Assembly: GCA_026770705.1 (NCBI GenBank)
Contig: JANJGN010000290.1
Location: 248,001-312,000 of the forward strand
Reading direction: 5' to 3'
DNA from: Isurus oxyrinchus
Taxonomy: Eukaryota
DNA length: 64,000 bases
A program made the translations under genes and the position numbers. The notes beneath the pieces were generated by a model, which did no database searches, was not told the DNA's origin, and saw only the letters and a program-made list of their open reading frames with translations. This document shows, one piece after another, positions 61,040 through 64,000 of the stretch. Each line of letters begins with the position of its first letter. Within the stretch, counting starts at the first letter, position 1.

Positions 61040-62930
61040 AACATTGAATCCCTGAAAAGAAAAAGAAAAAGAAAAATTGTGCAGGGATCAGGGAAGGCGG
61101 GGAAATGATAGTAGAATAATTTCTCCTTCAAAGAACGAGCACAGACACGATGGGCCAAATAATCCATTCTATGCTTATAAGAATCTGGGATTAGGAAACT
61201 TGAACTTCAAATGTAATTTACTGAACTCCGGAATCACAATGGTGAATCAGCATTGCTTCCAATCCAAGTTAGATATAACACCAGTGTTTCCTCTGTGTGG
61301 TTTCTGCAATAACATGAGAAATAGGTGCAAGTGTATAATCTGTCTTCCAGCTTCTCAAACATTCCATAACTTCCTGGATGAATATCCGCCTTAATTTACC
61401 TTCCTGCAAATTCTCAATTCTCGCTGCCACCCAGCCGCTTAGCAGATGAAGAATTCCCAATGTGTTTGTAGCAAAATAGTAGAATATGGTTCAAAATATT
61501 GCAGCCTGGTGTTGTTCATAACTTTGCGCTGTGGTTTGGTGCATGATATCTTGTATCAGTAATGCAGGTGATCCTGAGTTCTAATTTCAATGGCGTTTTT
61601 ACTTTTTTTCAAATTAACCAGGCAATGAGCTGAGCATTTTTAATCAGGGGAAAGCATTTAGAATATCGTGTGAATATAGGAAGAACAATAGTATCGTAAT
61701 TCCCTTTAAACCGAGTGCACACAGTTGTGCTGAAGCATCTCTTCCTCTTCAGATCATACTAATGAACGAATGGGTTTGTCTGGTTAAGTGAATGATAACC
61801 GCTTCTGGCTCAGAGCAGAAGTTATACCCATTTTCTTATGCTCTTTGACCTTGATCCGGCGCACACACCTTCACAAAGAGGGATATAATGGATTAAGGGA
61901 TGTCTCAAGGGATTTGAGAAGTAATTCTGGCAAAAAGAAAAACAATGCTTTTAAGGCATCTCGATCAACTACAATTTATTTCAGTAAATTTTGTTCCCCT
62001 GTTTCATGCTTACTGGAAACTGTCCTTGACAGGAATCTCAGTGAAACAGAGGGTGACCTTGTGATATCTGTCAACATGTCGAAGAAGCGGATTGGGCCAC
62101 TGTGGAACCCTTTCAACAGCAACTGGAATTGGACCCCACAGTAGGATTGCTGCGATTCCCGGAATACATTGACAGCTTTTTATTATTGCTTCGTGGATGT
62201 GACAACCACTGGGAAGGCCAATATTTATTTGTGGAGCTTCCTTCTCCAGTCAGTGTTTAATTGTCCACCACTATTCACAACTAGATGTGGAAGGCCTGCA
62301 CAGTTTATGTCTAATCCAATGCTTATGGGGTCACTTCAAAAGTCTGAGCGGGCAGGAGTCAAAGTTTTTCACGACACTAAAACCAAAGAGTGTTGTAATG
62401 GGAATAAGAGAAACAAGATTTGTAGAAGGCTCTGGTTCAGCCGCAGCTGGTGTATCCCACCCGGTTCTGTTCGCTTCTCATTTGGAAGGATGCAAAAATG
62501 TGAAGGATGTTGGAAGGAGGGCAGAAAATGTTCACGAGAATGTTTCCTAGGATGAGGAGCTTCAGTTGTGAGGATAGATTGGAGAAGTTAGGACTGATTC
62601 CCTGGGAGAAAGGAAGGTTGAGAGAAGATTTGCTAGAGGGATTGAGCATCACGAAAGGTCTGGAGAGGTTGGAGGGAAAGCAAATGTTCCCATCCGTGAA
62701 ATGATCAAGTTTGAGCTAGCGCAGTTGTTTAAAAAAAACAAAAGAGACACGACGAAAAAAAAAGACATTTCTTTCTCGTGGAAAGTGGTTAAGTTCTCGA
62801 ATGCACCACCTGACAGTGTGGTGAAGGTAGGTTCAAGGGAATCATAAAGAGCGGAGTGAGACTGCTATCTCTAAATGAAGACCGCCAATACAGGGAGAAG
62901 GCGGGGAACGGCACTAAGTGAATTGCTCAT
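61040..62930 (+). repeat. Segmental duplication unit, dispersed copy C
   Basis: Collinear with ~35485-37310, including the shared CR1 3' fragment (36860-37310 vs 62440-62900). Confidence 0.88.
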
Positions 62931-63139
62931 TCAGAAACGATTGGTCGAATGACCTTTTCCTGTGTTGTAATATTTCCAAACCTTTGTGACTGTGGGAGTA
63001 TAATAAGGAAAGTGAAGTTGTGTCCAGTTGAGGTGTGATTGGAGACACAGCAAAGGCCCGCATGTAACATGGAGAATAAAGAAAGAAACGTCACAAACCA
63101 AACCAACAAGAAGAAAAAAAAATACACTCTCGAAACAAC

Positions 63140-63250
63140 ATTGAGGCAGATATTAGTATCAAAATTTGTTGAACTCAACGTTGAGACCAGAAGGCTGCAG
63201 ATTACCCAGTTCGAAGTTGATCTGTTGTTCCTCGAATTCTGTTGCTCTTA
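63140..63250 (-). mobile_element. Penelope GIY-YIG C-terminal fragment
   Basis: Reverse complement reads FEEQQINFELGNLQPSGLNVEFNKF, similar to LEEQHLIFRLGTLQPSGLNIEFN. Confidence 0.75.
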
Positions 63251-64000
63251 AGGCCATTTAGTCCCTAGAACATGTTCAATGATGTTGTGTCTGATTGGTG
63301 ACTATCGCCATATGCTCACCTTTGCCCCATAGCCCTTAATATCTTCTACCAATGCTCTTGCATTCTTAGAGTTAAAATACAACAATCGATCAAGGATTAA
63401 TTTCCTTGTACTGAAGAGAGTCCTGAAGTTATGCGACCCTTTGTGCATAGAATTGTTTCCTAATTTCCATGCTGGAACTCCTGGCTTGAATATTTTCACT
63501 GGGGACCTAAAATGGAGATTCCCAGGAAACTGAAATAGGTCTTGGATTGATTTTCTGTTTCCCTTAGCATTCCAGAATTGTGGATCAAATCAGTGCAAAA
63601 ATCACGGGGGAGAATCCGTTACAGGGGTAGCCACTGTCTTCAACAAAGAGCTGCATTTTAGTGTCCGGAATTGAGGGACGTTCGGACGAAGCTGTAGCGG
63701 CAGACTTGCGGAGCTAGAAAGCTGAAAGATCGGCGGAGAAGAAATTGAGAGGAATATGAATGACGTTCAAGATTTTTTCCAAAATGCTTTCAGATTGTAA
63801 AGGAAAGTAGTACAGACACTGGAAATCCTAAGTGAACAGAAAATTGTGGAAATATTCAACAGTTCATAAAGAATCTGTGGAGACCCAAGGCGAACTGTTC
63901 ATGTCGATGATTTTTTTTATCAAAATGGAGGAAAGATGTAAATGTAACAAGGGTTTAAACCAGTGGAGTGCGGGAGGAGGTTGGATGTGCAAAAGAGAAT

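Overview
Eukaryotic, AT-rich, repeat-dense vertebrate DNA. The repeat families look like those of a cartilaginous fish (shark); this is inferred from recognised repeat types, not proven. I see no clearly intact protein-coding gene. The window reads as a decayed tRNA/histone gene cluster. It holds one intact tRNA-Ile(AAT), a near-intact tRNA-Asp(GTC), about ten tRNA pseudogenes (Ser, Thr, Lys, Gly, and an Arg with an intron-like insert), a replication-dependent H3 3' remnant with a perfect stem-loop, and an H3.3 retrocopy. Local segmental duplications have multiplied several of these. Transposons fill most of the rest: many CR1 fragments, a second CR1/L2-group LINE, Penelope pieces, a Tx1 fragment nested in a tRNA-derived SINE, and a decayed Gmr1-type Gypsy element (integrase before RT) with related LTRs. 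The most notable item missed by the ORF track is a spliced minus-strand BEN-domain gene (~52.3-54.9 kb). Its two BEN exons are open, while its putative upstream exons carry stops. Boundaries of old repeats are approximate, and all family calls come from motif recognition by eye.
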